The notes under the pieces are model-generated. The model was not told where the DNA came from and made no database searches. It saw only the letters and a program-made list of their open reading frames with translations. 64,000 nt of DNA from Octopus vulgaris (taxonomy: Eukaryota). The DNA is taken from NCBI GenBank assembly GCA_951406725.2, contig OX597817.1, forward strand, positions 128,216,001 to 128,280,000, written 5' to 3'. The position numbers and the translations under genes are program-made. Shown in pieces: positions 41,541 to 54,910 of the stretch (the stretch's first letter is position 1; every line of letters begins with the position of its first letter).

Positions 41541-42707
41541 CAGGTGGTATCAAAAAGCTCAAAGGCGGCGAGCTGGCAGAAACGTTAGCACGCCGGGCGA
41601 AATGCTTAGCGGTATTTCGTCTGCCTTTACGTTGTGAGTTCAAATTCTGCCGAGGTCGACTTTGCCTTTCATCCTTTCGGGGGTCGATAAATTAAGTACC
41701 AGTTATGCACTGCGGTCGATGTAATCGACTTGATACCTATGTCTATCCTTGTTTGTCCCCTCTGTGTTTAGCCCCTTTTGGGTAATAAAGAAATGGGTAT
41801 CAAAAAGCTCCTGGACTAGTTCTGTAGTGCACAGGCAGATGACAGTACATAGTTACGTGTGCAGTGAGAGCTAGCAGTGACCTTCATGAGGCTGTGTGCC
41901 AAGTGACATCACTGAGTTTACTTCGCAAGTTGTGAAATTTGTGTTTCTGTAAATAACATGCATGCTGTCGTCTGTGACGTTTTTGTCATGGACAGGAATT
42001 TGGAACAAAACCAAATGTGAAATTTCACATTAAACTGAGGAAGTCAGCTACAGAGTCATTGAGCATGCTTCAGCAAGCTTGTAGCTATGAGACAATGAGT
42101 TGTATGCAATGTTTTGAGTGGCATGGGTGCTTCAAAAGCGGAAGAACATTCCTGGATGATGATGAGCAATCTAGAAGACTTGCCATGAACGTCACCCCTG
42201 GAAGTGAGGAGAAAATTCATCTGGTTGGGCATGAGGATTGTCGGAGGACAATCAATGGCATCATTGATGTTGTTGGTCTGTCGTATGGGTCCATGCAGAC
42301 AATCCTAATGTCTGTGAAGAATTGGAGTTTTCATGACGACAATGCACCCTCTCACCAGGTTCTCCTCATTCGTGTGTTTCTCACCAAAAACAACTTGTTA
42401 TCACTTCTGCACCCACTCTATTCATCAGATTTAGCACCTGCAAACTTGCATCTCTTTCCCAAGAGGAAAATGCAGTTAAAACATTACCGTTTTAACATCA
42501 TTATCAAGATCCAGAGTGAATCGCAGAAGGTCCTTGACTCACTTACAGAAATCAACTTCCAAGTCAGGTTCCAAAAATGGCAGAAACACTGTAACTGGTG
42601 TATTGCTGCGCAAAGTGACTATTTCAAAGGAGATGATGTTAAACTTGGGTAAATAAGATATTTTTTATGAACCATTCCTTGTCCATGAACCTTTTTATAC
42701 TACCTCA
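41541..42707 (+). mobile_element. Deleted mariner element, left TIR interrupted by a SINE
   Basis: TA-flanked TIRs caggtggtatcaaaaagctc..ctggac / gtccatgaacctttttatactacctca; ORF 42017-42652 has an HTH region joined to HDDNAPSH and HPLYSSDLAPANLHLFPK motifs. Confidence 0.9.
41561..41795 (+). mobile_element. Full-length tRNA-type SINE with 15-bp TSD
   Basis: aaggcggcgagctggcagaa...gagttcaaatt...gcctttcatcctttcggggtcgataaa...taaagaaat; TSD ggtatcaaaaagctc at 41546-41560 and 41796-41810. Confidence 0.9.
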
Positions 42708-42800
42708 TACATCTCTCACCTTTCCCCCACACTCTTGAAATCTTCTATCCATCCATTCCACTTGTCATTTCCCTTATCTCTCATTTTTCCTCTAACCACT

Positions 42801-42860
<60 letters not shown>

Positions 42861-43129
42861 TATGTTTGACATGGTTACCCCACATTATATAAAAGTAATT
42901 GGGGATAGTTGGGATGGAGCTAGAAAGTGAGATAAAGATGATAGTGATGAGGTGTTAGAATGTACAATAAGGTGAATAGAATATTTGTACAAGTTGGCTC
43001 CAAGTCTCACCCGGAGACCTCAAGAGACAACAGGTTGGAAGTTCATGTTGTTGTTATGCCTAATGTGCCATATATTGGGGGGGGGGGAGTTTTTAAGTGT
43101 TGTACTAATGAATGTCTAAAAAAAAATTA

Positions 43130-43186
<57 letters not shown>

Positions 43187-44315
43187 GTTTTGCTCTTGTT
43201 CACCCTTTCTAACTGCTAGTCATCACAACTTCTCCTCTTAGTTATTTTGAATGACATGCATCCATCATTTCTTTCTTCCCTCAACTCATATTTACCATGG
43301 ACCAGTCCTTCATCCTTGTTCAACTTTCACTACATTCAAACCTCCCCACACTCTTACAATCTTTACCCAACAACCCTTCTTCATCCCATACTCACTTCTA
43401 TTCACCTTATTGTACATTCTAACACCTCATCGCTATCATCTTTATCTCACTTTCTAGCTCCACCCCCAACTATCCCCAACTACTTTTATATAATGTGGGG
43501 TAGCCATGTATCATCTCTACATCAACAAATCTAGTCCTCTTTTTATCATACCTAGCATAAAGTTACCTTGCTAATCTTGTGAGTTACATGGCAACTTTGC
43601 ATGTGTTGATTCCACAAGAATTGCATCTGCCACATTCTATAAAGTAACTGTCATTAGGAAAGGCATCCAGCTATAGAAACCTTGACAAAACTGAGACACT
43701 GGAGAAATACATGGTCCCCTGCTTCTGATACATTTCAGTGATTTTCTAACACAGTACACTTACACAAGATGCCTTCTCTAGATGAATACCAAAGTTTCCA
43801 GGCTATCAACAGCATATCTGACTTAAATACGTTATATGGATTGCTATTTTGAGCTAATATTGCTTCCATAACAAATATAGAATTTTTATTTAGCTTGCTG
43901 GCTAATTGCAACACCAGTGATTCGTTAATCACTCTTTTTCTATATCAGTAGTGGTCAAATTTGTCTTAGCACACAGTTGCTAATGGTTGATTGCTACTGA
44001 TGATGCCGCAAAAAATCAGGAATACAATTCTACCACCCGTGCTAGACACTTTTCTTCCAATACTGATATATTTCTGTGTATTCTAACATTATACATTGAT
44101 ATGAGATGCCTTCTCAAGACAAACACCAGTGTCCAGGTTTCCAACAGTATACATGCATTGAGTATGATATGCAGAATGAGATACATTGCAGCTCTAAGAG
44201 GTTTTAACTCTTATTTCTAACAATGTACGTGCTACCCTGCACCATCAGTTACAATTAACAACAACTGAGGTTTTCCATTTTGGCTTTATAATGCATATAG
44301 CTGCCTTCGTTATTT

Positions 44316-44368
<53 letters not shown>

Positions 44369-44713
44369 TACAAACAAGAGAGTAAATTTCAAATGCTATA
44401 TTGCTATGAAACCAGCAGGGAAGGAGAGGGTATTGACCCTTGGAAGATAGAAAAAAAAATGATGCTAATTGTTTACGGGGGATGTTTAGATTAATGGTTT
44501 AGAGCACTCAGCTGGTCTCCGAGGGGTACCCCATTGCCACCTGTTGGCAACTTTTTCCTGTCTTCTAAGGGTAAATACCCAAATTTTCTTTACTGTTTTC
44601 ACAGTTGTACTGAGGGTGAAATTTACTTTCTTGTTTGTAAAATACCAACACATTCAGCTGTTTCAAAGTTAGTTTATTATATATATATACATATATGTAT
44701 ATATGTGTGTGTA

Positions 44714-44755
<42 letters not shown>

Positions 44756-45735
44756 CAAAGTATGGGGGTTTAGTTCACAAGTGGTCTAAACGATTACGTA
44801 TGCTAGGTAACGGATTACTAGGGCTTCAAGTTTATAGCCAAGACGGTAGTTATGGAGCCATTGCAGGTTTCCTAGGTTATATATATAATTGAATAAGATA
44901 GAGTCAACAAGAGGAAGTACAGTTAGACAGTTATTTAATAATCACTACACATTTCCATACAACATAGATATATATCATCATCGTCATCGCCATCATTATC
45001 ATCATCATCATCATTTAACATCTATTGTCCCTGCTGGCATGGGTTGGACGGTTTGACCATAGCTGGCAAGCTAGGGAGCTGCACCAGACTCCAGTCGAAT
45101 TTGGCATGGTTCCTACAGCTGGATGCCCTTCCTAACACCAACCACATTACAGAATCTGTTGGATGCTTCTATGTGATAATGCACGGGTGTTTTTACATGG
45201 TGCTTCACGAGTGCTTTTATGTGGCACTGCCACGAATGCTCCACACCACCAAAAGGATCAATCTTAAAACTAGTGCTGCAGAGTGTGGATCTTCTTGAGT
45301 ATGGCAAGTGACCAGGTATCTCAGTCCTTTGTTATCTTGCCAGAAAGGTTCTGCATCCTGAGGTCATCTTTAGGACTTCCATTTCCACTTGTTACATCTA
45401 CATTGAGAAATCAGCTCTTATTTATGGAACTGTCAGAATCCATCTGCATCACATGATATATATATATATATAAACACGCATTGAGTCGAAACAGGGGCAG
45501 CTGATGAAGGGGAATATTCCTTGTATTGTTTGTCTTGTACTCTGTTTTTTCATTGTTGAAAAAAGTCCGTTTCCTTGTTTGATTTTATGTTTTCATTTCT
45601 CGTGTTGTGTTCTACGTTTATTTGTGGTGTCCTGTACTCATATATATATATATATGCATGTATATATACATATAGATGTAGGTATGTACATATATGTGTG
45701 TATGTATGTATGCATATGTTTTATTTATTAAATTG

Positions 45736-45791
<56 letters not shown>

Positions 45792-45985
45792 CTCCTCCTC
45801 AACTTACAGCCAAGTTCCATTCCAACTGACAGGTCATAAGTCGATCTAGTCATATGTTGGATTTATATTTTTCAGCTCTGTCTTCATATATATATATATA
45901 TATATACATGTATGAATGTATGTATGTGTGTATGTACAGATATATGTTGTCATATGTATTTTTATTATTTTCACTCTCTTCACAG

Positions 45986-46120
45986 GCGGTGGACATAGCA
46001 AACCCCAACCCAATCAACATGATACTCTTTTGTTCCTTTCTCTTCCACATTCTACCGCAATACTGCCCTAAATCTACATTGGAATTTAAAGGAAAGCTAC
46101 ATGAATCAATCACTAAATTG
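45986..46120 (+). CDS. CFAP47: CFAP47-like coding exon 12
   Basis: cttcacag|GCG, TTG|gtaagc, phase 0/0; AVDIANPNPINMILFCSFLFHILPQYCPKSTLEFKGKLHESITKL. Confidence 0.94.
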
Positions 46121-46205
46121 GTAAGCTCTATTAAAATCATTTATTACCACATTCATTTGACCATTTCTGAAGATTATATTAGAACATTTTTTTGAAAGGT
46201 AAATG

Positions 46206-46246
<41 letters not shown>

Positions 46247-46659
46247 TCTTTTATGTGTTTCAGTTACCTGACTGTAGCCATGCTGCAACATTGTCTTGAA
46301 GGGTTTTAGTTGAACAAATTGGCACCAGGAGTTATTTTTTAAGCCTAGTACTTATTCTATTAGTCTCTTTTGCTGAACTGCTGAATTATGGGGACTTAAA
46401 CACACAAAACACAAAGATACACACACATAGTTATACACACACGCACACACATATATGATGGGCTTCTTCAGTTTCCATAACAAATCTACTCACAAGGCTT
46501 CGGTTGGCCTGAATCTACAGTCGACACTTGCCCAGGATGCTACACAGTGGGCTCAAACCTGATAGCATGTGGTTGGGAAGCACCTATAATATAAACTTAG
46601 ATAAACTTAGATATGTTTCGACCAAAGATTGGTCCAGGCCATGTCTAACTTAATAGCAC

Positions 46660-46920
46660 CACCTGATAGGATTATCTAAATCCTGTTTAAGTCAAGTTTT
46701 GTTTATGGTCCATTCAAGTAGTGAGTTTTTGTTGGGTGAGTTATATCCAATTATGGGTGGCATATCAGGTATTCCTTGAAGGAATCTATCCAGACTCCGT
46801 TTAAAGTTGATGGGATCCTTTTTCTCTTTGATCTCTTTCAGGACAATGTTAAATAGGGCAGGGCCTGTTGAGGAAAAGAAATTATGTTGCAGTGTACATG
46901 TATGCTATTTTGAGTTTAGA
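46660..46920 (-). mobile_element. Decayed LINE 3' fragment
   Basis: NFFSSTGPALFNIVLKEIK...INFK resembles the 'GP.LFN.LP..I....FK' C-terminus of CR1/L2-group ORF2. Confidence 0.5.
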
Positions 46921-47886
46921 TGCTAGTCCAATCAATCACAGATGCAATCTTTAATTAATGTCATCTGACTCTCTAGTCATCAAATTATTCGTGGTCGTTA
47001 TCTGATCTGTTGCCACTAGTCCAAATGGCCAATCCAGGAATTTTGTTACACGCCATTTACATGACACCAGCAATGGCTACGACTACGATTTCATGGATAC
47101 CATTCACGTGACACTGGCAATGGCCATGACATTGATTTCACTTGGTTTGATGAGTCTTCTGAAGCACAGCATATTACCAAAGGTCTCGGTTACTTGTCCT
47201 CGCCTCCATGAGGCCTGACATTTGAAGATCATGTCACAGTTATGATTTTACTGGTGCCATTCACATGACACTTGGCTTGATGAGTTTTCTGAATCATAGC
47301 ATATCGCCAAAGGTCTCGGTTACTTTTGTCATCAACTCCATTAGGCACAAGATTCGAAGATCATGCTTCACCTCGTCCAATGTCTTCTTGGGTCTACCAT
47401 TTCCACAAGTTCCTTCCACAGTCAGAGATCAGCACTTCTTTACGCAACTGTCCCCATCCATATACACCTCCTCAACTTACGGCCAAGTTCCATTCCGACT
47501 GACAGGTCACAAGTCGATCTAGTCATATGTTGGATTTATATTTTTCAACACTGTCTTCATTTAAACGCAACTGATGCTTGAAAGTGACTGAGTGATACAC
47601 AGTGACAGGCAGTGGATGGCTGGGTCAGAGAATGACCTGCATTGCCAGATGCAGTTATAGTTATTGTACATGCAGCTGGCCTAGTTAACATCCGAAAATC
47701 AAGGTTTTATTTATTTATTCTGGTTGTAGGTTGCATAGGTCATAAGTTGAGATGTGTATATATATATACACACACACATACCCACAATCACGTGTGTGTG
47801 CCTGCCTATGTATATTTGTGTGTTCATATATATACATGTTTATTTGAAAGCATGTATTTTCCTTTTTTCTCTCATCTGTTTCATAG

Positions 47887-48150
47887 ATTAAACTTACTAA
47901 TCCAAGTGTAAAGCTGCTGAACTATTCAGTTTCAATATTTGGTGAAAGTGCTTCACGCTTCAGCATCTCCAAAGGGAAATCTATTGCGATCCCAGCCAAA
48001 CAAACGGTTCAGTTGCCAGTTGCCTACAATAATACGTTTGTTGACTCCAAAACAGCAACCCTTGTTCTTACTGGGCGTCGCCAAGGATCAGAACTTGGAA
48101 CTCATCTTGTCTTCTCTCTGGTGTCTTTCACAACTCAAGTAAGCCCACAG
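47887..48150 (+). CDS. CFAP47: CFAP47-like coding exon 13
   Basis: tttcatag|ATT, CAG|gtaaga, phase 0/0; IKLTNPSVKLLNYSVSIFGESASRFSI...ATLVLTGRRQGSELGTHLVFSL (frame not shown in the ORF track). Confidence 0.9.
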
Positions 48151-48664
48151 GTAAGAGATTTGATTTCTTCTTTTACATAAACATCATAAGTGAGAAATTA
48201 AACAAGAGAGCCTTGCTGGTGGTGGTGGTGGTGGTGGTGGTGCATGTCATTGTTTGAGATCTCCCTGATCACAGTGCAAATAACAATTTATTGCATAATA
48301 TATTGTTTCTTTATAATGATAGGATGGCACAAGGACTCAAATGCTGGCAGAGAAATATATTAATTAATTCAACCCCAATACTTGACTGATCAACTCTTTT
48401 ATGTAACCCAAGAAGGAGGGAAGGTAAAATTGATATCAAGAGCTGGGAGATGGTTTGAACACAGAATGCAAAGAGATATTACTACTTAATGCTACATAGT
48501 ATATTGTTTGGTTATCTACTAATTCTTCTATCCATCAGCCTTTTAATAATAACAACAATAACTGTTTTCTTTGCCTCAAAGGCAACAAATAAAAGTGATG
48601 AAAATACCTTGTAATTCAACAACTCAGCTCTACGAGCAGATTTACTAGACAGAAACTGAATGAA

Positions 48665-48900
48665 TTTAAGGCGGCGAGCTGGCAGAAATGTAAAAATGCC
48701 GGGCGAAATGCTTAGCGGTATTTCGTCTGCTGCTACGTTCTGAGTTCAAATTCCGCCGAGCTCGACTTTGCCTTTCATCCTTTCAGGGTCGATTAAATAA
48801 GTACCAGTTATGCACTGGGGTCGATATAATCGACTTAATCCATTTGTCTGTCCTTGTTTGTACCCTCTGTGTGTAGCCCCTTGTGGGCAGTAAAGAAATA
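48665..48900 (+). mobile_element. Full-length SINE of the same family with 14-bp TSD
   Basis: TSD agaaactgaatgaa at 48651-48664 and 48901-48914. Confidence 0.9.
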
Positions 48901-48921
48901 AGAAACTGAATGAAGTCCATC

Positions 48922-48974
<53 letters not shown>

Positions 48975-51022
48975 GGGAGAGGGAGAGACAGAGAGATAGA
49001 GAGGGAAACAGAGAGAGAGACGGAGAGAAACAAACAGAAAATAAAGAGAAAAAAAGATGAAAATGCTTAGAGAACTTTACCATGGGATAAAAGAAAGTTT
49101 TTATATTTTTAACCAAGCAGCTACCAGTTTCAATCACTCTAAGATGATCTAGTCATACTGATATAAAGGGAAAATAAATTGAAATGAATTAAATTAATCT
49201 TTTATATAAGTTCTAGAAGTTCACATTTTATTTGTTTCCTTCTAATTGTTGCTGGTTACCAGTGGACAACAGTAATGTCTGGCTGATGTAAGTGATAGCA
49301 GCAGGAGCAGAAACAGCTCCAGCAACTAGAGCCCCCAGCCTATTATAGCAGTTATCTATCTAACTAGTAGCAATCATTTTGGTGACTTTAGTAAGGGTTA
49401 GAAAAGGGTTGGTGGTGGTTGCTCCCTTTCTTTCTTACAGGAATTTAAATGTAACTGGAATTTTGTTATGATGGATAATGCTTTGTTGATTTGTTGTCAT
49501 TAATCCATATTGTCACTAAATTTATATAGAGGAAAAATCATAAAGTTTAGCTCTTTCTGTCTGTATGTTCTCTGAATCATATTCATTTGTATTCCCATAT
49601 TCCAATTTCTGATCTATGCAGTGTCATGCATCGTTGTAAAGCAGTTTTCATATGCTCAAAGTAATGTTCCCCACATTCTGAGCATGTGAAATTATCTATT
49701 ATTGCGAACGTGAAATTATTATTGTGAAGAGTTGTCCTTATTTGAAACAGATCTCTGATCCTTTTGTCACATTAATATTTACTCCTTATGACAGTATGTG
49801 TTTGGAGAATTTCGTTCAGCTTGGTCCATTTTCATAAATGGTATATTTTAGAATATGATGTTGTAGGCCTCATTGTTTTTGGAGGATTGAAAAGACATGT
49901 CAAAAGAGTTCATACTGTGGCACTTGTTCCTTCTGCCAGCCAACACAGCTGTGCATTATGTAATAGAATGTGCAAATCTTTCGCCAGGCTCAAGTGTCAT
50001 AAAAGGGCCTCACACTGCATCAACAATGACTCATTTCAATGATTCTTTCTAGCAATGGTGTTGCTTGTATATGAGAAAGCAGCTAAAATATATATATATA
50101 TTTATATATCATCATCATCCTCATTATCGTTTAACATCTGTCCTCCATGCATGGGGAGGACAGTTGACAGGAGCCAGCCAAGTAGAAAACTATCCCAGGC
50201 TACTGTGTCTGTTTTGACAGGGTTTTTATGGCTGGATGCCCTTCCTGACGCCAACTACTCCACAGAGTGGACTCAGTGCTTTTTACATGGCACTAGCACA
50301 CACAAGGTTAGTTTTGACATGATTTTTACAGCTGGATGCCCTTCCAAATACCAACCACTTTACAGTGTGGACTGGATGCTTTTTACATGGCACCAACACT
50401 GGCAAGTAACTCGCAAGACAAGGAATTTTGAGAGGGGCATGGGCACTTGAGGAGGGGAACTTGTGTCAGATAATGAAAGGTTAGAGTGGGACAGAGAGGC
50501 AGAAACAGGTGTCTTGCTATAAGAGAGGGAGCATTGGAGGAGTTGATCCAGTGTCAGATGATGAAAGGTTAGAGTGTGACTGAGAAATAGATAGGCAGAA
50601 ACAGGTGTCTTGTTATAGAGGAGGTACATGTTTACCCATCGAGAGAGATGTGCAAGAAAGAGGACAGAAACAGGCTGATGTGAAGGAGCTACTTGGTTAC
50701 CTAGTCAGAGGGAAAAAGCAAGTCATTGGACAGCCTAAGGCTAGGGTAGAAGAACCTTGCCTAATGTTGCCACTGTGGGATGGAATATAAAACTACATAG
50801 TTTCAAAGTGAACTTTTTAACCATACTACCATTCTAGTGCATGTATATGTGTGTGTGTGTGTGTGCACATGCGCTTGTGTGTGTTTGTGTGTGTGTGTGT
50901 GTTAGAGGGGAAAGAGAGAGAGGGTTAGTTGTTCTTAGCTTTCTAGGGAGTTTTTTGTTTTTTGTTGGGTGGGTTTTTGTGATTCTAATCTTCTGTAGCT
51001 CAAAGTTTTGTCTTCTCTACAG

Positions 51023-51212
51023 AATGTTATCTCAGTGGATTCTCATTGTTATGAAACCCAAACAATATTGCTGGAATTACAAAACCCATTCCCTGTTGGC
51101 GGGGAATTCTGTGTGTCAATGACTGAGGAAAATGTAGAGTCATCATCTATAAAAGGTATCTACTTAGGAAAAGGACTATTTCAGACAAATTCTCAAGATC
51201 TCAATAACCCTG
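51023..51212 (+). CDS. CFAP47: CFAP47-like coding exon 14
   Basis: ctctacag|AAT, G|gtaagg, phase 0/1; NVISVDSHCYETQTILLELQNPFPVGGEFCVSMTE. Confidence 0.9.
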
Positions 51213-52059
51213 GTAAGGACCATATCACTTTTTTCTTCCATACTTTGTATGTTTATTTATATGCATATATTATTAGTGCTATGTAAAAAGTGCTGGCAGT
51301 AGTACCAAAAAAAAAGCACTCAATACACTCTGTGGAGTAGGTGGCATTAAGAAGGGCATCCAGCCCTAGAAACCATGCCAAAACAGACAATGGAGCCCAG
51401 TGCAGCCCACGGCTTTACCATCTCTGGTCAAACCATCTCACCCATGCCAGCATGAACAACAAATTATATCTTCGGCAAGTTAAATTGTGATTCTTTAACA
51501 ACAATATAAACTTCATCTAACTAAGGTATCTTCAGCCTGATGAGTAGCTTGCCGAGCATCCCATGTTGAGTAATTATTACATCAGAGGATCTGCTAGTGA
51601 GAAAACATAAGTAGCCTGATGTTAATCTGCTCCACTCCATCAATTTGGATTTTGATTTGCATTCATAGCAACTCAAGTTGCTAACCGTGAACTATTAAAA
51701 ATTGTTTTTCAGTTAATTGAACTTTGATAAGGGAAAAGCCTAACAAATTGCCAATAAATTATTTTTGCTCCTGAATGTTTTATACCTACCACAGACTGAT
51801 CAAAGCTTACAAAACTTCCTATTCTTAGATCCTTGGATCTTATAATCACATATCATGATATATATATATATGATGATATGATAGATCATTAGACACTACA
51901 CACATTTTTTTCTCTCCTTGTTTCTTTTCTGTGTCCCTTTCTGTAGAAGAGCGTAGGCTCGAAACGTAAAAGACTTTTTCTATTCCTGAGTGTTATACTA
52001 ATACACCACGTTTTGTACACCACCTGTCTTCGTCTTTTGTTTTTTTAGTAAACTCTCCC

Positions 52060-52142
<83 letters not shown>

Positions 52143-53010
52143 TGGTAATAAAATCTATATTCCTTTTATAAATTTATTGAAACAAATGATACATGTTCTT
52201 TATTACATGGGAAAATGAAAGTAAATCTTCATACTTTAACATAAGCACTGGTGGCATCAACCAGTTTCTTCAAATGGCCAGGGTTGGAATGAACAACCTT
52301 CTGAAGGACATTGACTGGGATATCATTGAGAACCTCCTGAATCTGTGTTCCAAGTTCTCCAGTGTGCGATCGCTGTTACAACATCCAGCCTCATCACTCC
52401 AGAGAATGTTTCCAAACAATTCAGGCCAATCTTTATGCCAACCTAGCATTAACTCTCTATATTCCATTCTTCAGTTACAGCTGTCAGGCTTTGGCTCCTG
52501 CATGTAATGGGGTTTCCACGGACGAAAATTCAATTCTTTATACAACACCATACATATTATGTGTCTTGTTAGTTCACTTTCATGTGCTGCTTGATGTGGT
52601 GATTTTTGTGGGCTGCAATTAAACACTTTCTGCACTGTTACCACATTCTCCACTGATCTGAATATGTTTGGACAACCACTTCTTGCATCGTTCCCAGAGC
52701 CCGTAGTCATCAGCTTTGCATGACAACTTTTTATTGTCTCCAGATGTAGTGTTGCATGCTTACCTTTCCATGCATGCCACCATCTCTGAATTGAAACAAT
52801 GGAATTTTACACTTCATAGTGTGCTGCTATGTTAGCTCACTCCTGAACAGTCAAGCAACCAGCCATCTGGGAAATAAGAAATAAGATAATAAAGAAAATA
52901 AGAAATCCCCATTAGTGTTGTCTGTTTAAAAAATGTTTTTGTCATGACTTCAGTGATACTAAAAATTCTATAAGCAATTTCTAATGCCTATAGAAATTCC
53001 ACCCACCCTA
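52143..53010 (-). mobile_element. Decayed Tc1/mariner-superfamily transposon
   Basis: RSGCP...SPQKS..Q...L.F.PWK and NILWSDEA motifs; tatagggtg terminus. Confidence 0.7.
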
Positions 53011-53040
53011 TATCTATCTATCTATCTATCTATCTATCTG

Positions 53041-53079
<39 letters not shown>

Positions 53080-53106
53080 CTACATATATATATATATATA
53101 TATTAT

Positions 53107-53144
<38 letters not shown>

Positions 53145-53786
53145 GTATATACATACACTATATTAGAGGAAAAAAACAAAACCTAGGCAGAACAAGTACC
53201 TCAAGTGATTTAGAATAATTCGCAGTGAATTTTATTCCTTGTAAGCTGTAAATTTTCTCTGTCTAAAATATTCATACCTTGTCTCTGATGATGGAATAGT
53301 GCATGGAATCAAGTACCCTGACCTCTTAATATACTGTAAATCCCTTCTTTTGGTTCAGAAAAAATGAGGTAGGGGTCCCCCCATGTCAGAATCATTGAAA
53401 ATTTTTTTTTTCTTTAAATGAATTCCTGTGACCTAATATTGGAAAATTAGGTTACTTAAGGTGAGCCTGGAAACATGGTTTTGGAGTCTTGTTGTTTGTA
53501 ACTTTTGGTGAGCCATGGTGCAACCAACAACATGGTAAAAATCCCTGCCATTAATTTGGTGTGGATGGGTAAGGAAAATGCAATTTTAAAAGGTGTTTAT
53601 TCACTTGACCAGTTTCACTTGTTTAGAAAAAGATTGTCAAAAGTAAATTCAATCACAACATATATTTAAATTAGCATGAAAAAATTGAAATATCATCTTT
53701 CAGTTTTTTGTCAGGTAAAATTTAAAATTTTTAATTGACACATTATTAATTATCTTATAACAGCAATGCCTGGAAAAATCATGCAT

Positions 53787-54304
53787 TACATGGGAAAATG
53801 TGAGCATGAAAAGTAATATTCTTAAGATTATAAACCTGGAAAAATACAGGACAAGTTATTACACCTGTAAAAGTATAGGACAAGCTATTACTTCTAGTAT
53901 AGTAAAGAATAAGAAACTTTTTACTTAAGATATTGCAGCTAAAATTAAAATTTGAATATTAAAAAAATATTTTATTATAGTTTACAAATAACACTTTACT
54001 TATTTAAGTAGAATTTGGCTAATTTACTACCTTAAATACAGAAAAAAGTGACTAATTAGACAAACCTCAAAATTAGCTGAACAGTTTGTACAATAAATTT
54101 AAAAGATAAGAACTGTAAAGAGTGATAAATTAGAAGAACTGGCATTCTTTGCTGCAATATTTTAAGTAAAAATTTTCTTATTCTTTACTTTACTAGAAGT
54201 AATAGGTTGTCCTATACTTTTACAGGTGTAATAACTTGTGTATGTACTTTTCTAGATTCATAATCTTAAGAATATTACTTTTCATGCTCATATTTTTCCA
54301 TGTA
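53787..54304. repeat. TA-flanked foldback MITE, ~160-bp arms, ~200-bp spacer
   Basis: tacatgggaaaatgtgagcatgaaaagtaatattcttaagatt... / ...aatcttaagaatattacttttcatgctcatatttttccatgta. Confidence 0.85.
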
Positions 54305-54682
54305 GTATAATTATGTAGGTAGATTGGGCAAATCCCAGTTGATTCCTCTTGAAGCACATTTGCTTATTCCATTAATACAACCCAATATATATGTAGTCTC
54401 AGTTGCTGCTAAATGTTAGCCAAAATGCATGTTAAAATTGAGAATTACGAAAATATTATTTGGAGAGTTGTTGTGTAACAAAACAGGAAATGGGAAACTT
54501 TTGGTATTATTTATTCATTATTATGCATGCTTCATTTGCTGATAGGAATTACAAAGTTTTGCATATTAGATTGACATGTAAGGAATTTCCTATAAGAAAT
54601 TCTTCAGACAGAGAAATTAATTACTACAAATAATAGAATTTTACATTATTATGTACAAATTCATTTTGTTTTTCCATTACAG

Positions 54683-54910
54683 TAAAGCGAAATAAGAAAG
54701 TGAAAAGTTTCCACTGCCAAACACAATCTATTTATCTACCAGAATCTGGAAAAGGAAGTATTGAGATTATTTTCTTGCCATTCTTCATGGGATCTGCCCA
54801 TTGCAATGTCACATTGAATAATTCAGTAATCGGTGATTTTATCTATGAAATTAAAGCTTTGTCCAAAACACCTTTGGCTACTTCACTGACAAATTTCATT
54901 CCAGATAGAG
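54683..54910 (+). CDS. CFAP47: CFAP47-like coding exon 15
   Basis: ccattacag|TA, G|gtaaga, phase 1/1; SFHCQTQSIYL...IEIIFLPFFMGSAHCNVTLNNSVIGDFIYEIKALSKTPL. Confidence 0.92.
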
